Positions 17,399 through 41,926 of a stretch of 64,000 nt of DNA are shown piece after piece. The first letter of the stretch is position 1; the number at the start of each line of letters is the position of its first letter. The notes under the pieces are model-generated. The model had not been told where the DNA came from and ran no database searches. It saw only the letters and a list, made by a program, of their open reading frames with translations. Source of the DNA: Amoebidium appalachense (Eukaryota > Protista > Ichthyosporea). The stretch covers positions 1,054,001 to 1,118,000 of the forward strand of contig CAVNZM010000015.1 in NCBI GenBank assembly GCA_963693365.1, given 5' to 3'. A program made the position numbers and the translations under genes.

Positions 17399-17608
17399 CC
17401 TTAGCATATCCGTGTGCTTCGGATGCCCATACACGATCGATCACCGGAAAACAAGTGATCGCAGCACATACTCATGTGGGAGCATATTTAAACTGAACAT
17501 TCAAGATCTCAAGCCATTGAACTCACACACACGGACTGCATACACATGCAAACTTGCACTTATTTGACCAATACAATGCGCAACCACGTGAGAACAGATA
17601 TACACATG

Positions 17609-17668
<60 letters not shown>

Positions 17669-17979
17669 AGCACACCACATGCACATACACACGTGCGGGC
17701 ACGCACACACCGCACACGCACACGTCCACAAACACACACACACCCCGTGACACACACACACACACACCGCAAGAGTTTCTTAAGCTTTCCAATGACTCAT
17801 CAACTGATCCGGAATCACTGGGTGGTTTATTGAGTTCACGCTCAAAAATGAAATCGTCATATATGCATAATGAAAAACGATCTGCAGCTGGTACATGATT
17901 TGAACCCCCCCCCCCCCCCCCCCCCCCCCCCCACCACCACCACCACCACACACACACACACACAACACACAGGCGAGCA

Positions 17980-18046
<67 letters not shown>

Positions 18047-18649
18047 ATACATGTACATACCCATCTCTCACTTGTAATGACAAAAAATCATAATTTGAGG
18101 ACACACCATGCGCAGATGACAAACAAACTGTTCCACTGAAAATCTTGCATATCTCCGACGGTTGATGCCAAATCGGAACCCTACGTCATTTTTGCACTTG
18201 AATCGTCACAAGGTGTCTATATTAAATATTAAATACATGCTCGTGGTGACAGAAAAACCCCCCAAAATATCCCTACAGTTCACTGATATTTCACAATCAT
18301 TGGGTTTACCACAGTAGACAACCTTACCTCCCCCCCCCCCCCCCCCCTCCCCCCCCCCCTCCCCCCCCCCCCCCCCCCCCCCCCCCAGACACACACCGAT
18401 CCACGATCGAGAACAAAGCGCAAGGGAAAGCAAGCAAAACACAACCTTTGGCATAAGCATATGTGCCGGCCTGATAACGCGCACGTGAAACCATATCTAT
18501 GTTTTGTATTTTTAGGTTTTAACCCATACAAAAGGGATTGCTTGGTAATACCAGCGATAGTAAAGGGAAAGGGGTCGTTTGGTTGGGTGACCGGTCGATT
18601 TGAATTTTAAAACAATGAAATGACTATCTCAGCGGAACAATCTGGAAGA

Positions 18650-29651
<11,002 letters not shown>

Positions 29652-31002
29652 GTTGCAGTCGTGATCTAACTACACAACTACAAAAATGATTCGTCTGCCT
29701 ATGGCCTTGAGCTTGAACGCAGGCACACGCACACGTATGCACACGTATACGTGCGACAAACACGTCGCGCTAGAAAGAAACTTGTTTCAAAACTGATATA
29801 AGCTGAGGGCTAAAAAAAAGGGATTGAGATGTCACATACGTTCTCTCACTATAACTCGTTTACTGAGGCGTCCCTGCGGAGGTGAAAAAAGTGCCACATG
29901 TAAAACTTTGAGAAAAGTTCAAAGTTGGCGCCCGACAAAGTCAAAAGAGTGAAGAATGTAAAGAATGTAGACGGAATCCACCTAATTAAGTAGATGGTAA
30001 TGAAATATGATTCGCTTAGTCTCCAAAGCAGCACACACCAGATGATTGGCTCAACGCGCACCGGCCCGTAAATAGTAGATCCACCATTCTCTTTCTGTAC
30101 TCTTTGAGCCCTTCGTGTGTCTTTTTTATTCATTGCATGCCCTCTTTTAAACTTTCCCTCAACAGTTTTTTTGGTGTGGTTGTTGTTCTATATTTTTTGG
30201 CAATTTTGGGCGCTGCCAGCACTCAACATGTGATCTAGCCGGCACCGTGCGAGCGTTGATTAGGGCTACAAATTTAAAGCTTTCAATTCAAACAAGTGTA
30301 CACCAAGAGTCTTGAGTCCCCCTTGTTTATTGAAAGTTGGGGTTACTGATAAATCAACAACTATCTTTAGACATCAGTAGTTATAGAATAATTCTCAGTT
30401 TATATATTTATTACCCAAGTTGGAGGCAACTACCCTCGACTAACCGCACCACTTCGTACAGTACGTGACCAGAACAAATAATTTCACGCCCTGGATTCAG
30501 AGCGTGATTTTGCCCTGCTCCCCCGTTGCATGTGCTAAAACCAGTTTTGATTGGTCGCAAATCACTTTCGAAGGCGATCGAAGGAAGTTCTGGGGAATCG
30601 ACCCCAATGGACCCCCATCCGAGTTGGCCGTAAATTGGTTCAAATCCAACCACTTCCTTCAACTCTCAAGGGTACACGCGTTTAATCACCCATATGATAG
30701 ACACATCCAGCAGAAATTATGTAAAGCAAAGCACAAAAAAAAAAACCAAGTTTAGAAATAGCGGAGTTAACTGAGCAGACAACCGAGCCTTTCTGAACGC
30801 TTGACGGCAAACGATTATAGTTGCGATGTCCCGGCATAAATCCGACAAACAAACACCAATATTCTCTTTCAACCCCCCTTCCACTGAGCCACCCGGCCGG
30901 CCCAACGTTCGTTTTTTTCAAAACAAAGTGCCTCAATTTTCCCTGTCTTTTTCAGTTTCTCTCCTTCGCACATTTTTTCTTCTCACTCATTCACCCGCCA
31001 TC
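29652..31002. promoter_or_regulatory. Microsatellite-poor interval between divergent erlin and ferritin starts (candidate bidirectional promoter)
   Basis: Head-to-head ATGs 1.35 kb apart; ATTGG boxes near 30045, 30550 and 30634; no long repeats. Confidence 0.45.
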
Positions 31003-31096
31003 ATGTCTCTGTGCCGCCAGAACTACGCCAGTGCCAGCGAGGCAGCCATCAACGCACAGATCAACGCTGAGTTGACAGCAAGCTACACCGTAATAT

Positions 31097-31140
<44 letters not shown>

Positions 31141-31614
31141 ACACTTCCTTTCCCTGATTCTCTCCCTCCCAACTTCCCACTAAATGGAACCCCCTTCCCC
31201 CCCCTCCTCCCCCCCCCCCCTCCCCACACACACACACATACCTGCTTTTAAAGCTCTCTTTTGCTCCACGTACGTTTTCCTCTGCTTGATAGCTGGAAAT
31301 AAAAACGACCATGTTCTCTTGCACGAGAACAGGCAAAGGCTAACGGAAAAGGCACGTGTGCACCCGTAGGTCATATATGGAAGCGAACTTTCGCACACAC
31401 GTGTGTGCGACCACATAGAAACACACACAGGCACACAGAACACAGGGGCACACATACGCACGCACACACGCTCTCGCGCGCACACACCACACACACACAC
31501 ACACACACGAGCTCCACAAACTATGAAACGCGCCTATGACATGCTTGCACTTCTTTTTTCTTTCTATGGTCACTCACCCTCCCCCCCGCACCCCCCCCCC
31601 CCTCCCCTCGCACG

Positions 31615-31687
<73 letters not shown>

Positions 31688-31759
31688 CTACACGATGCTC
31701 ACACGCACACACGTTCTATATAGCCTACCTACCACCTACTACACGCGCGCACACACGCG

Positions 31760-31843
<84 letters not shown>

Positions 31844-32545
31844 CTCAGCCTCGCGACCTATTTTGAGCGTGATGACGTTGCCCTTGCCGGGTTTGCCAAG
31901 TTCTTCCGCAAGTCATATGAGGAGGAGAAGGAGCACGCAGAGAAACTGATTGAGTACCAGAACGCACGTGGCGGCCGTGTGATTTTCGACGTATGTTTTC
32001 ATGTTTTTATGTACAGTTCCTGTATTCATCTTTTTATTAGCACTGTGCAACACATTACAACCCCCTCCCCCTCTCCCCCCTCCCCCTCCGCGCCTCCCCA
32101 GGACCGCACTCCACGTTCCTTCCCCGCCCTCCCCCCCCCCCGCCCCCCCTCCCCTTTTTCCTCCGGGGCCCCTGCCCCTGTGTTCCCCCGCACTTGTTGA
32201 CCCCCCTCTGTCGGATAGGCGGTGCCCTTTGGCCGTGCAGGAAGGTGATTCATCGTGCGCTTATGCAGCGTGAATGTGTGTCTAGAGTAGTGTCTCTGTA
32301 TTTCGATTGAATAGTCGAACCTCTGATTATCTTTTGCAAGACTAGGCTAAGTTAGCTTAAGTGATCGGCTGGGTGCCAGTTTGTGGGGAGCGGCCAGGAT
32401 ATGTGTATAGGGGAGCTCTTATGCCAACAACAAAAACACCCACACTGCATGATCGAGTGATCGATGCACGATCAATCGCCTTCCTGCACGGCCGAAGGCA
32501 CGTCTATGCGACACCTCCCCCCCCCCCCCCCCACCCCCCCCCCCC

Positions 32546-32576
<31 letters not shown>

Positions 32577-32851
32577 ACACGTAATTACGTTTTTCCCGCA
32601 CAGGACATCCAGAAGCCACCCACCGAGTGGAAGTCTGCCCTTAACGCACTCGAGGCAGTCCTTCAGCTCGAGATGGTATTTGCCCCCCCCCCCTCCCCCC
32701 CCAATAAAATAAAATAAAATAAAAATAATAAGTAATAATTAAGGTTAAATAAATTTATGAAATAAAATGAAGTGAAAAATGAAATAAATACAAAAAGATG
32801 GTATCTATACGAGCGGCCCAATCTTGAAACATTGTGGAGACAATTGGAGCC

Positions 32852-32885
<34 letters not shown>

Positions 32886-34021
32886 GGACGATGATGGGCT
32901 CTGTCCAGGTGTCGTTTGCATGCTTTGTGTTTGCCACCTTTATTGCATACATCCCCGGTAGCCCCCTTCGAAGACGATAAAGTTCCGCCCTAGTAAGCGT
33001 GTTACTACCCTGCGGCGTGGGTCAAATCTCATATTTTCCCCTCTGATTGCGAATTCTGCGGCCTTCGGGACTTAATTCTTTTCAGCTGGTGTAGTATGTT
33101 AGCCAGGGAAGTATCGACTTAGGTATCGACGGGGGAGCTTCCTAGAAGCCCCGTCTCCTGAGTTCCTATCTATATTTTTCTTGCTTCTGCTTACTGCTGC
33201 AACTTTAACCCCCGGCCTTTCCCACTGCCCTTGCCTGCATAAGCAACCCTGCTCGTCTCTGATCAAGACGGGTGACCTACCCATGTTCAAGTGAAACAGT
33301 ATCTGAGTTGGGTTTCGTTAACGAGGGGAATAGGTCGAAACTCGGGTACTGTGGATGACGTGGGCCCCCCCTGAGGATGGGCTCTGCTTATTATGCATAC
33401 TCTTTATGTATGGCTTGCATTCTGCATCGTGTTATCCGTTTGTTCTTGTGTACTTCGTACTTTTTGACGCATTCAAACCCCCCCCCCCCCCCCCCCCCCC
33501 CCCCTCTCCCCCCCCCCCCCCTCCCCTCTTCTCTCAGTAGCACACGCACAACCCAACCGTTCTAAACAGATGTGCAAACCCCAAAAATATGGCTTCTGTT
33601 TGCATTTGTTTCGGATCTCGGTACTTTTGACCAAATTTGACATTTGCTACTCCTCTCCCCCGTCCCCCCCCCCCCCCCCCCCCCCCCCCCCAAACACCCC
33701 CCACACGCACACACCGTGCGCCTCTCCCCCTGCCCTTCTCCTTATCTCCCCCCCCCCCCCCACACACACACACACACACACACGCACATGAACACGTACA
33801 CGTACACACACACACACGTACACACACACGTACACACACACACACACACGTACACACACACGTACACACACACACACACACACACGTGCAGTCCGTCAAC
33901 GAGAAGCTTCTCCGTCTGCACAAGGTTGCGGAGGAGAGCAACGATGCGCAGATGTGCGACTTTATCGAGGGGGAGTTCCTGAAGGAGCAGGTGTGTGTAC
34001 GTGTGTGTGTGTGTGTCTTTT

Positions 34022-34065
<44 letters not shown>

Positions 34066-34674
34066 GGCTATGTGTGTGGATTGGTGGAGTATCTTTTTTA
34101 TTTTTATTTTATTTTTTTGGTGTGTGTGTCTGTATTTTAACCTCGAGCCGATCCCCTGGAAGCCAAACTCGACCAGATTTGAAAAATAGAAAAAAAAATT
34201 AAAAGCGGTTTTAGTGAATAAAAATGCAACAAACATGTATATTCCTACTTTTTTTATTGTTTTATAAAAACGACTTATATGTCTTTGTATGTATGACAAA
34301 ACACCCACGAGAAACGCAAAAGAAACATAGTCAACCCCGGTGTTTTTGGTGTCTTTCGAAAGTAGAAAACATATACCAAACTAGGCAAAAATTCCTGGCG
34401 TCTTGACTATTACGCAACAGGCGCTATTGAATTTCAAAGGTCGCTGATGCATTTATTTTCGAAACTGATGCAAAAGCGCATCGGCGATTGGCTCAGGGTT
34501 AAGTTGCGCGGGGGGGGGGGGGGGGGGGGGGGGGGGGTTGACGGTGGTTAATAAAGTAACGAAGTGTTGATGGGGGCCGGGGGAGGGGGGGGGGGGGGGG
34601 GCTGATTGAGCTGTTGTGTTTCTGTGGGCTCATGTCTTTCTTGAAATGGAGGGTGAGGGTTATGTGTCTGTCCC

Positions 34675-34713
<39 letters not shown>

Positions 34714-34948
34714 TTCCCGCCCCGGTTTCCTGTCCGCTGCCGGAGGGTGATGGCCTCCCCCCCCCCCCCCCCCCCCCCCCACCAAAAAAAAAAACCACCA
34801 CCACCACCACCCACTACCTGTCCCTTAGGGCTCAGTTGTCATGGCAACATTTGCTTTTGTTTCCACCTGTCTTCTCTGTTCGTGTGTGCTGTTCGTGTGT
34901 GCGGGCCGAGAGGCTCGGTGGGTGTGGGGGTGTGTTCGTGTGGCCCCG

Positions 34949-34984
<36 letters not shown>

Positions 34985-35338
34985 GACAAAAAGGTAGCAC
35001 CGTGGCTATTTTAAGACTGACACGTTTTCCCTCCGACACACACACACACACACTCACGCACTCACGCACTGGCCCATCCACCCCTGCCCCTGCCCCCACC
35101 CCTTTCCCCCGCTCCTCCGGATCCCGTGCATCCAAAAACGTTGTCGTATGCACTTGCTCACGCATGCATCTGCACGCACGCACACACACACACACACACA
35201 CACGTACACACACACGTGCAGGTGGAGGCACAGAAGCACCTTGCCGACCTGATCTCCAACCTCAAGCGGGTGGGCAATGACGGCCTGGGCCTCTATCTGT
35301 TCGACAAGCAGCTGCAGGACGGTGCTGGAATGAACTAA
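31003..35338 (+). CDS. Ferritin (cytosolic, H-type ferroxidase residues), 174 aa, 5 exons
   Basis: Exons 31003-31089, 31841-31990, 32604-32675, 33892-33990, 35222-35338; all phase 0, GT-AG. Motifs [93 protein letters not shown]. Confidence 0.96.
32883..32955 (+). mobile_element. Short 3'-end fragment of a third related family (C), in tandem just upstream of A copy 3
   Basis: GATGATGGGCTCTG motif shared with families A and B; ends GCATACAT-CCCC like family B; preceded by a C-run. Confidence 0.55.
32975..33477 (+). mobile_element. Family A copy 3 (~500 bp) in ferritin intron 3
   Basis: Matches the other A copies; ends GCATTCAAA followed by a C-run. Confidence 0.85.
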
Positions 35339-35544
35339 TCGGGAGATCCGGCAATTTCATTGGTCGATAGGCACTGATCGGGAGATCCGGCATTTTGCTG
35401 AATTGAAATGCAGTGATTGGGAGATCCGGTGTATGGATTGGTCGGTGTACAGTGTGAAGGAATGCGGGCCCAAGTCATGATACATATGGTTGGACTGCGA
35501 TATCGATAGTTGTTTATTTTGATGTTTGCCCAAATCAGGAAGGT

Positions 35545-35647
35545 GGTGGCCAGTGTGCCACCTACTATTTTTAGGCGTTCTCTGTTGTCACATTGGCGTA
35601 ATTTTTGGTGTTGCCCAAATTAGGAAGGTGGTAGCCAGTGTGTTACC
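35545..35647 (+). promoter_or_regulatory. Two tandem IRE-like CAGUGU-loop hairpins downstream of the ferritin stop codon
   Basis: GGTGGC-CAGTGT-GCCACC (35545-35562) and GGTAGC-CAGTGT-GTTACC (35630-35647); pairing is preserved across the differences; the canonical bulged C is absent. Confidence 0.35.
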
Positions 35648-35881
35648 TACTATTTTTAGGCGTACTCTGTGGTTTTTAGCTTTCACTCCTTCGTCTCGCG
35701 ATTTGATTGTTTTATTCTGTCTCTCTTTTATTCTGTAGCAGGTTTTTCGGGGAGGATTCATATTTCAAAGATGTTTTATCAAATTGAATTTCCGAGTCTC
35801 ATTGTAAAGAAGCGTTTTGAAGTTTTACTTAGCCTTCGCACGGCTGCCATAAATCTGTACACAAAAAAAACGAGTAACCCT

Positions 35882-36040
35882 CGTGGGGGCATAGGAACCC
35901 CCTTGATGATGGGCTCTGTTCAAGTGTCTTCTGCCTGCATGCTTAAGCTGTTTGATTATAAAAATCCCACTTTTGTGACGTTTTGCAATTGTTGTTGCTC
36001 TTTGTTGTCTCCTCCATATTTCTAACCCTCTAACGCATTC
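35882..36040 (+). mobile_element. Family B copy 1 (5'-truncated)
   Basis: Homologous to 41927-42322 and 50333-50475; C-rich tail at the 3' end. Confidence 0.8.
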
Positions 36041-36901
36041 TTCTTTCCCCCCCCCCCCTCCTCCCCTTCCCGGGGTGGTGAGTCGTCTATATATTGCACC
36101 ATGTATAAAAGACATCCAGTTGCAACAGCAACTGTGTGCATGCACATGTACCTGTTGCCGGTACGGTAAGGGGAGGGAAAGCATTAATATTACCTGCATA
36201 CATGTATTGCCTTAAGGCCTATGGCAGCATTCTGTCCCTGACAAATAAGAAGCTCCGGTATCATAACCGTACGCGTGTCATGCGGGCGCTTTGTACGTAC
36301 CATACATATATCACCGGCGTCACAAATCACAATTGCATGCAATGGCCTATGATTGGTTACTTTTCTGTAAATGTGGCAATCTCCTTTTTTAGGCATTGCG
36401 ATTTATATATCGAGGCAAATGACAACACGAATATATCAGATTCTTGAGGCGTGCAGTGATCGCATGCTCCAGACAACAGTACACCATAGCACGACCATAG
36501 CCTCCAATACAAGTAGGTCTGGGCGCCCGCTACGCCGCGGGCGCCAGTCAGGCAGTCCAAGTCCTATGGATAGCGAAAGTGTGTGTGCTTGCTGCGCAGG
36601 CGCCGAGGAAGGGAAGTTACCACACGGTGTGTATGGTCTAGACTTGCTGTACACTTATGGGGTTTTAATCCCCCCCCCCCCCCCCCCCCCCCCCTCCTTT
36701 CACCTCCTCGGGCAAATATTTCCGGCAAAGACAACAATCACACGCCCACATAAAGCTTCTCAGGGATGTTGTGAAGAAGGGACACGCCTCACGGACACTG
36801 AGTTAATTGGCACAACCCGGTGCCGTAGGTGAAACAGGTTGTTGGTGGCTGTGACCATGGCGCACTGCCACCGGGTGTTTGGCGCCACCCCTCAAGGCTT
36901 C

Positions 36902-36943
<42 letters not shown>

Positions 36944-37013
36944 CACGCCCCTTCAGATGGTAGATGCAGCGACCACCACTAGTACTCTGCAGCCTCCCTT
37001 CCCTCCCTCCCTG

Positions 37014-37044
<31 letters not shown>

Positions 37045-37134
37045 ACACACACACACATACCCAGGCACCAGGCACACAGAAAGCCCCCCCTCACCCCCTC
37101 CACCCTTCAGATTGCAGATGCGGCGACCATCACG

Positions 37135-37194
<60 letters not shown>

Positions 37195-37822
37195 CCCCAC
37201 CCCTCTCCCCTCCCCGCCCGACAACAACCCCCCCACCCCTTTCCCCCCTTTCCCCCGGGCCCCCAACCGTTACACACACACACCCAGGCAGCAGGCACAC
37301 AAGCATTGGTAAGGGAAAACAGTGTTGGGTGCGTTTGTATTGGTGTATCAGACAAAAAATCGTCTTACACAGATCTACTTTGAACACTATCATATAGGGG
37401 ACCAGGATGCATGGTAAGATTGAAATGGTGATATAACGAAAAACAGGAGTAGACGTAAAGGAGGAAGTAGCAGCACATGAAAAGGAGGATAAAGGGGTGT
37501 AGACCCACGGTTGCTGTTGTAGTTTTTCGAATAGGTTTCGAATAAAAGAAGAGGCAATGTTAATGGTGTAGACATTGCCGTCTGTGGAAACGTCATCATG
37601 CACACACACCATAACGTGCCTACTCGTACTACACGAACACGTCTAGTAACGAATTTTTAACGTGGCCTAGGTAAGGTAGTCTCCAAGGCTATGTACCCAC
37701 TGGCTTACGTAAGTGGCCGGGCACTACTACGCCTGCAACCAAAAAAATAAAAAAAATAAATATAAAAAAAGGAGGCCGCAGGGAGCCTCGGACTGCCAGT
37801 GCGCTCGAAGGCGGGTCTTTTC

Positions 37823-37993
37823 CAGGGCTGCCAGGGTTTGGCGCTCGTAATCGTATTTCGACACATTTCGGACATTTTGGCACCCTTTACGGTCGTATTT
37901 CCTAATTGGATGCCTCAGTTTAATCGTAATAATAATATTGTGAGGCTTTTATAATCGTAAATACAACGATTTCGGACGGTATTGCAACCCCTG
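37823..37993. mobile_element. Small hAT-like MITE
   Basis: Termini CAGGGCTGCCA and (reverse complement) CAGGGGTTGCAA; repeated internal (AA)TCGTA motifs; 8-bp flanks GTCTTTTC/GTGTTCTC match 6/8. Confidence 0.4.
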
Positions 37994-38857
37994 GTGTTCT
38001 CCTGTGTTGTGATTAATATTGGCATTATTTAACAGAAATTAGGAAAACCGGTGACGCCCGGTTGAAGGGCTCTCGCTCTAACGATTGGCCTTCATATTTC
38101 TTAAGAAATCCACGCCTATAAGTCTCCAATAGTATTTGGAATCTGTTTTAAAGTTTTTGCCGAATTCAATCATTTATTTGTGCGTTCCATTCTTGGTGGC
38201 AACCATCAATAATGTTGATACCGAAACGCAATCATCACGCTCTTTTTTCACGGAATCGCCCTTGAAAATATCGGTCGGTTGCGTATTCCGTAAAATGTTT
38301 CAAAGCCCCGACACGTACGTGCGTCACAGGTGCATTTTGGGACACTGTTGTTTATTAATCCCTATGAAGCCCTTATGTTTTTTGATTTAATCCGTCTCTC
38401 ATACATGTATTTGATATTGTTTGTTAGTTTTCAGTCCATTGTTGTGCCTTCATAGGGGTTTTCGTGCTCTTCAAGTCAGCCCAATCGCCCCTAATTTCCG
38501 GAATTCGGCTAGAAGTCCGAGACGTCTTTTTAGTGTAGATAATAGATAGGTGGGCCACGGGCTACTCGATATTCCCGACCGTTGTATATATGTCTTGTCC
38601 AATAACAAATACGATTTACAATTTTATTTTTATGCTAATTGCGCATGCGGACCTGCAGATCGTATCAGGCACTCTGCCAGGCGCACCTCGGCCTCTTGAT
38701 TGGAGGGAATAACGTTAGCCTTGTAATCCTTAGATAGAGAGGGAGAGGGAGGGAGAGAGAGAGTGTGTGTGTGCGGCGGGCGTGTGTGTGTGCACGTGTG
38801 CCACGATGTGGCTGTGCACGAGTGTGTGTATACATGTGAGTGGTGTGTGTGTGTGTG

Positions 38858-38903
<46 letters not shown>

Positions 38904-40136
38904 TATAGTGCATTCAAACAGAGTCTCTGCCCTGGCAAACCCACATCATGTCAGCTTCGAATTCACGTTTGCTGAGTTCAGTTTTTGGCCAAATCATACA
39001 AAGGACCATGACACACCGTTTGCTGCAACCATACAGGCCGTTTATCATTATTTTAATAATTCAATATTGCCAGAATATACAACAATAGTGCACGAGTTGG
39101 CATATGCATTTCGCACGCACGTGCACAGCACGATTCTTCATTAGTTGCACATCTTTGGTTTACACAGGTTGCACGAGCACATAGCATACATAGTTAGGTA
39201 CGATCGTTTATTTATGCTTTATCTCCCTTTATTTCATAAGCATGTCCGGCATGCTCTTGTTTGCCCTCTGTTATTCATTAGGCACGTGTGGTATTCATAG
39301 TTTGTTTAGCTATTGGCGATAGCGAGAAAAGCACGCATCCGACGATTGTTGTGCATGCTTTTCATGTTTTCTGTGTAGTCGGGTGTTTTGTCTGCGATTG
39401 GACCGTATGAGGGGAATGCAGTTTGATTTCCGTTCATGTACGTGTCGTTATATGATTGGTCAGATTTATAGTATTCATAGTATTTGCCAATCAGATGCGC
39501 AAATACCTTTGGATAGATCTGTATTCATGGAATCTGCCTGCGGCAGATAAATAGGTGAGAATCGAGCATAATAAATTAGACGTAGATTGACAGAACATGC
39601 AACTGTGTTTCTACCTCTCCACACTACCCTCTCTGTTAGTGCTGTGGCATCGTGCATTGCCCAGCACCACTCTGCACGTGTTTATGTCTGTTAGTTTAGT
39701 GGCCTGATCACCCACGTATACTCTCATTCATATGCATGTGTGCCCAGGTACGTGTTAGTTGTAGTGTGTACACTCTGCTAGTCAGGCGAGAATAGTAGGG
39801 GCTTTTGCCGTAAGTCAGCACTTTTCTTGCAAATATCAATATTTAATCATAATAATCCGGTAGTAAATCAATTCAATATTTGGGTTGGCCTTCTTAGTAG
39901 TTGTTGCACACATTTACACATAATATAACAACAACTCTTTATAGTGGTTGTGTTTCATTAGCGCATTCATAGACATCACCAATGTAGTGTGTACACACTG
40001 CATATAGTCTATACAATCTCGGTTTGTTCTATCCGTGTGTTTGGTATTGTGCATGTGTTAGCGCATTGCACATTCCAGTTACGTGTGTGAGTGTGTGTGT
40101 GTGTGTGTGTATGTGCTTGCGTGCGTGCGTGCGTGC

Positions 40137-40198
<62 letters not shown>

Positions 40199-40617
40199 AT
40201 GTGTGCATGTGTGTGCGCCCGTGTCTCTCTGCGTGTGTACCGTTCAAGCTAGTGACCTTTTCCCAATAATATCGTAGTGAGTATAGAACACCCCTCATAA
40301 CTGCGTAAAAATCACATGACACGGGACACTTACTACTCAGTCAGCATTAAATAGAGAGTTACACATCTGCCCATACGAATACATTCACCACCTTCATTCA
40401 TGTCTTATCGTACAAGACTCTCCCCACGAAAGAAAAAAAAAGAAAAAAGAAAAGAACAGAACAATAACAGAAAAAAAAAGAAAGAAAGAAAGAAAGAAAA
40501 AACCTCTACACGCGCACACCAACATGTCACCAGTGAAGCCACAACTGCCAAATAACTCGGGGGGCAAAGATAGGCCAGAGTAGGACTTTTGGGGGGGGGG
40601 GGGGGGGGGGGGGGGGG

Positions 40618-40978
40618 TTTTGAATGCGTCAAAAAGTACGAAGTACACAAGAACAAACGGATAACACGATGCAGAATGCAAGCCATACATAAAGAGTATG
40701 CATAATAAGCAGAGCCCATCCTCAGGGGGGGCCCACGTCATCCACAGTACCCGAGTTTCGACCTATTCCCCTCGTTAACGAAACCCAACTCAGATACTGT
40801 TTCACTTGAACATGAGTAGGTCACCCGTCTTGATCAGAGACGAGCAGGGTTGCTTATGCAGGCAAGGGCAGTGGGAAAGGCCGGGGGTTAAAGTTGCAGC
40901 AGTAAGCAGAAGCAAGAAAAATATAGATAGGAACTCAGGAGACGGGGCTTCTAGGAAGCTCCCCCGTCGATACCTAAG
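40618..40978 (-). mobile_element. Family A copy 4 (~360 bp), G-runs on both sides
   Basis: Near-identical to the other A copies; different 5' truncation point. Confidence 0.85.
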
Positions 40979-41315
40979 GGGGGGGGGGGGGGGGGGGAGG
41001 TTGCATTAGGCAAAATCAAAATCAAATATTATGTTGAGTGTGAGAAAAATTAAACATGGAACGGTTATCACGTCACCGTACACGGCATTAAAAATAAATG
41101 AATAAAATTAAAAATAAAATAAAAATAACAGGTATACTAAGATTACTGGGGGAAGAGCCAATCATGATGCAGGATACGGGCCGAGTCCGCTGACGGCGGC
41201 TGATTGGACGCCTTGCCCAAGTCTTGCCCAAGTCTTACGTAAGTGCATCTTAGGGCCCACCCATATGATGCTGGTGGTGTCTGTGCGTGTGGAGATGTAG
41301 ATTAGTGGGTGGGCC

Positions 41316-41349
<34 letters not shown>

Positions 41350-41683
41350 ACGCGCGCGGGCGTGTACATGTGTGAGCGAGTGAGCAAGTTGTGTATGTGT
41401 GAGTGCAAGTGTGTACACGTTAGAGAGAGGGTGAGAATGTGTGTCTGTGTGTGAATGACGTTTGCATTGAGTGTGCTTGTGTGCGTGTTTGTGGCACGAC
41501 ACCATTGTGTTGTATTCATGCACATGTGTATGCTCCCAATTTGCACATGCTACAATATGCGTACACAGGGTGGTTTTTGGTATTTGTGCATGACTTCACC
41601 TGCTCAAACTGCATGTGTGATGTAAGCGCCCACGTTTATATCAATACTGTGTGTGGGTGTGCTGTGTCCTGCTGTTAAAAAAT

Positions 41684-41714
<31 letters not shown>

Positions 41715-41881
41715 CCAGAGCACACACCCTTCCCCGGAAAATAAACAGAATGACATCTCAAAGCAAGCAGGCATTCATTCAAAAAACATGCACATTGTTG
41801 CACATTTGCACATTTTTTCCATAACGGGAATAAAGTGTGTGTGTGTGTGTGTGTGTGTGTTTGTATGTGTGTGTGTGGGGG

Positions 41882-41923
<42 letters not shown>

Positions 41924-41926
41924 GGG

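Noticed and set aside
17215-17496. Recurring short ORFs [10 protein letters not shown]... and [12 protein letters not shown]...
   Set aside because: They recur only because the repeat does; diverged families conserve base pairing, not codons.
30465-30755. 96-aa ORF between erlin and ferritin
   Set aside because: Non-ATG start, no recognisable motif, no splice support.
30900-31040. Canonical 5' IRE for ferritin; CAGTGC inside exon 1
   Set aside because: No CAGUGN hairpin upstream of the ATG, and the exonic hexamer has no flanking stem.
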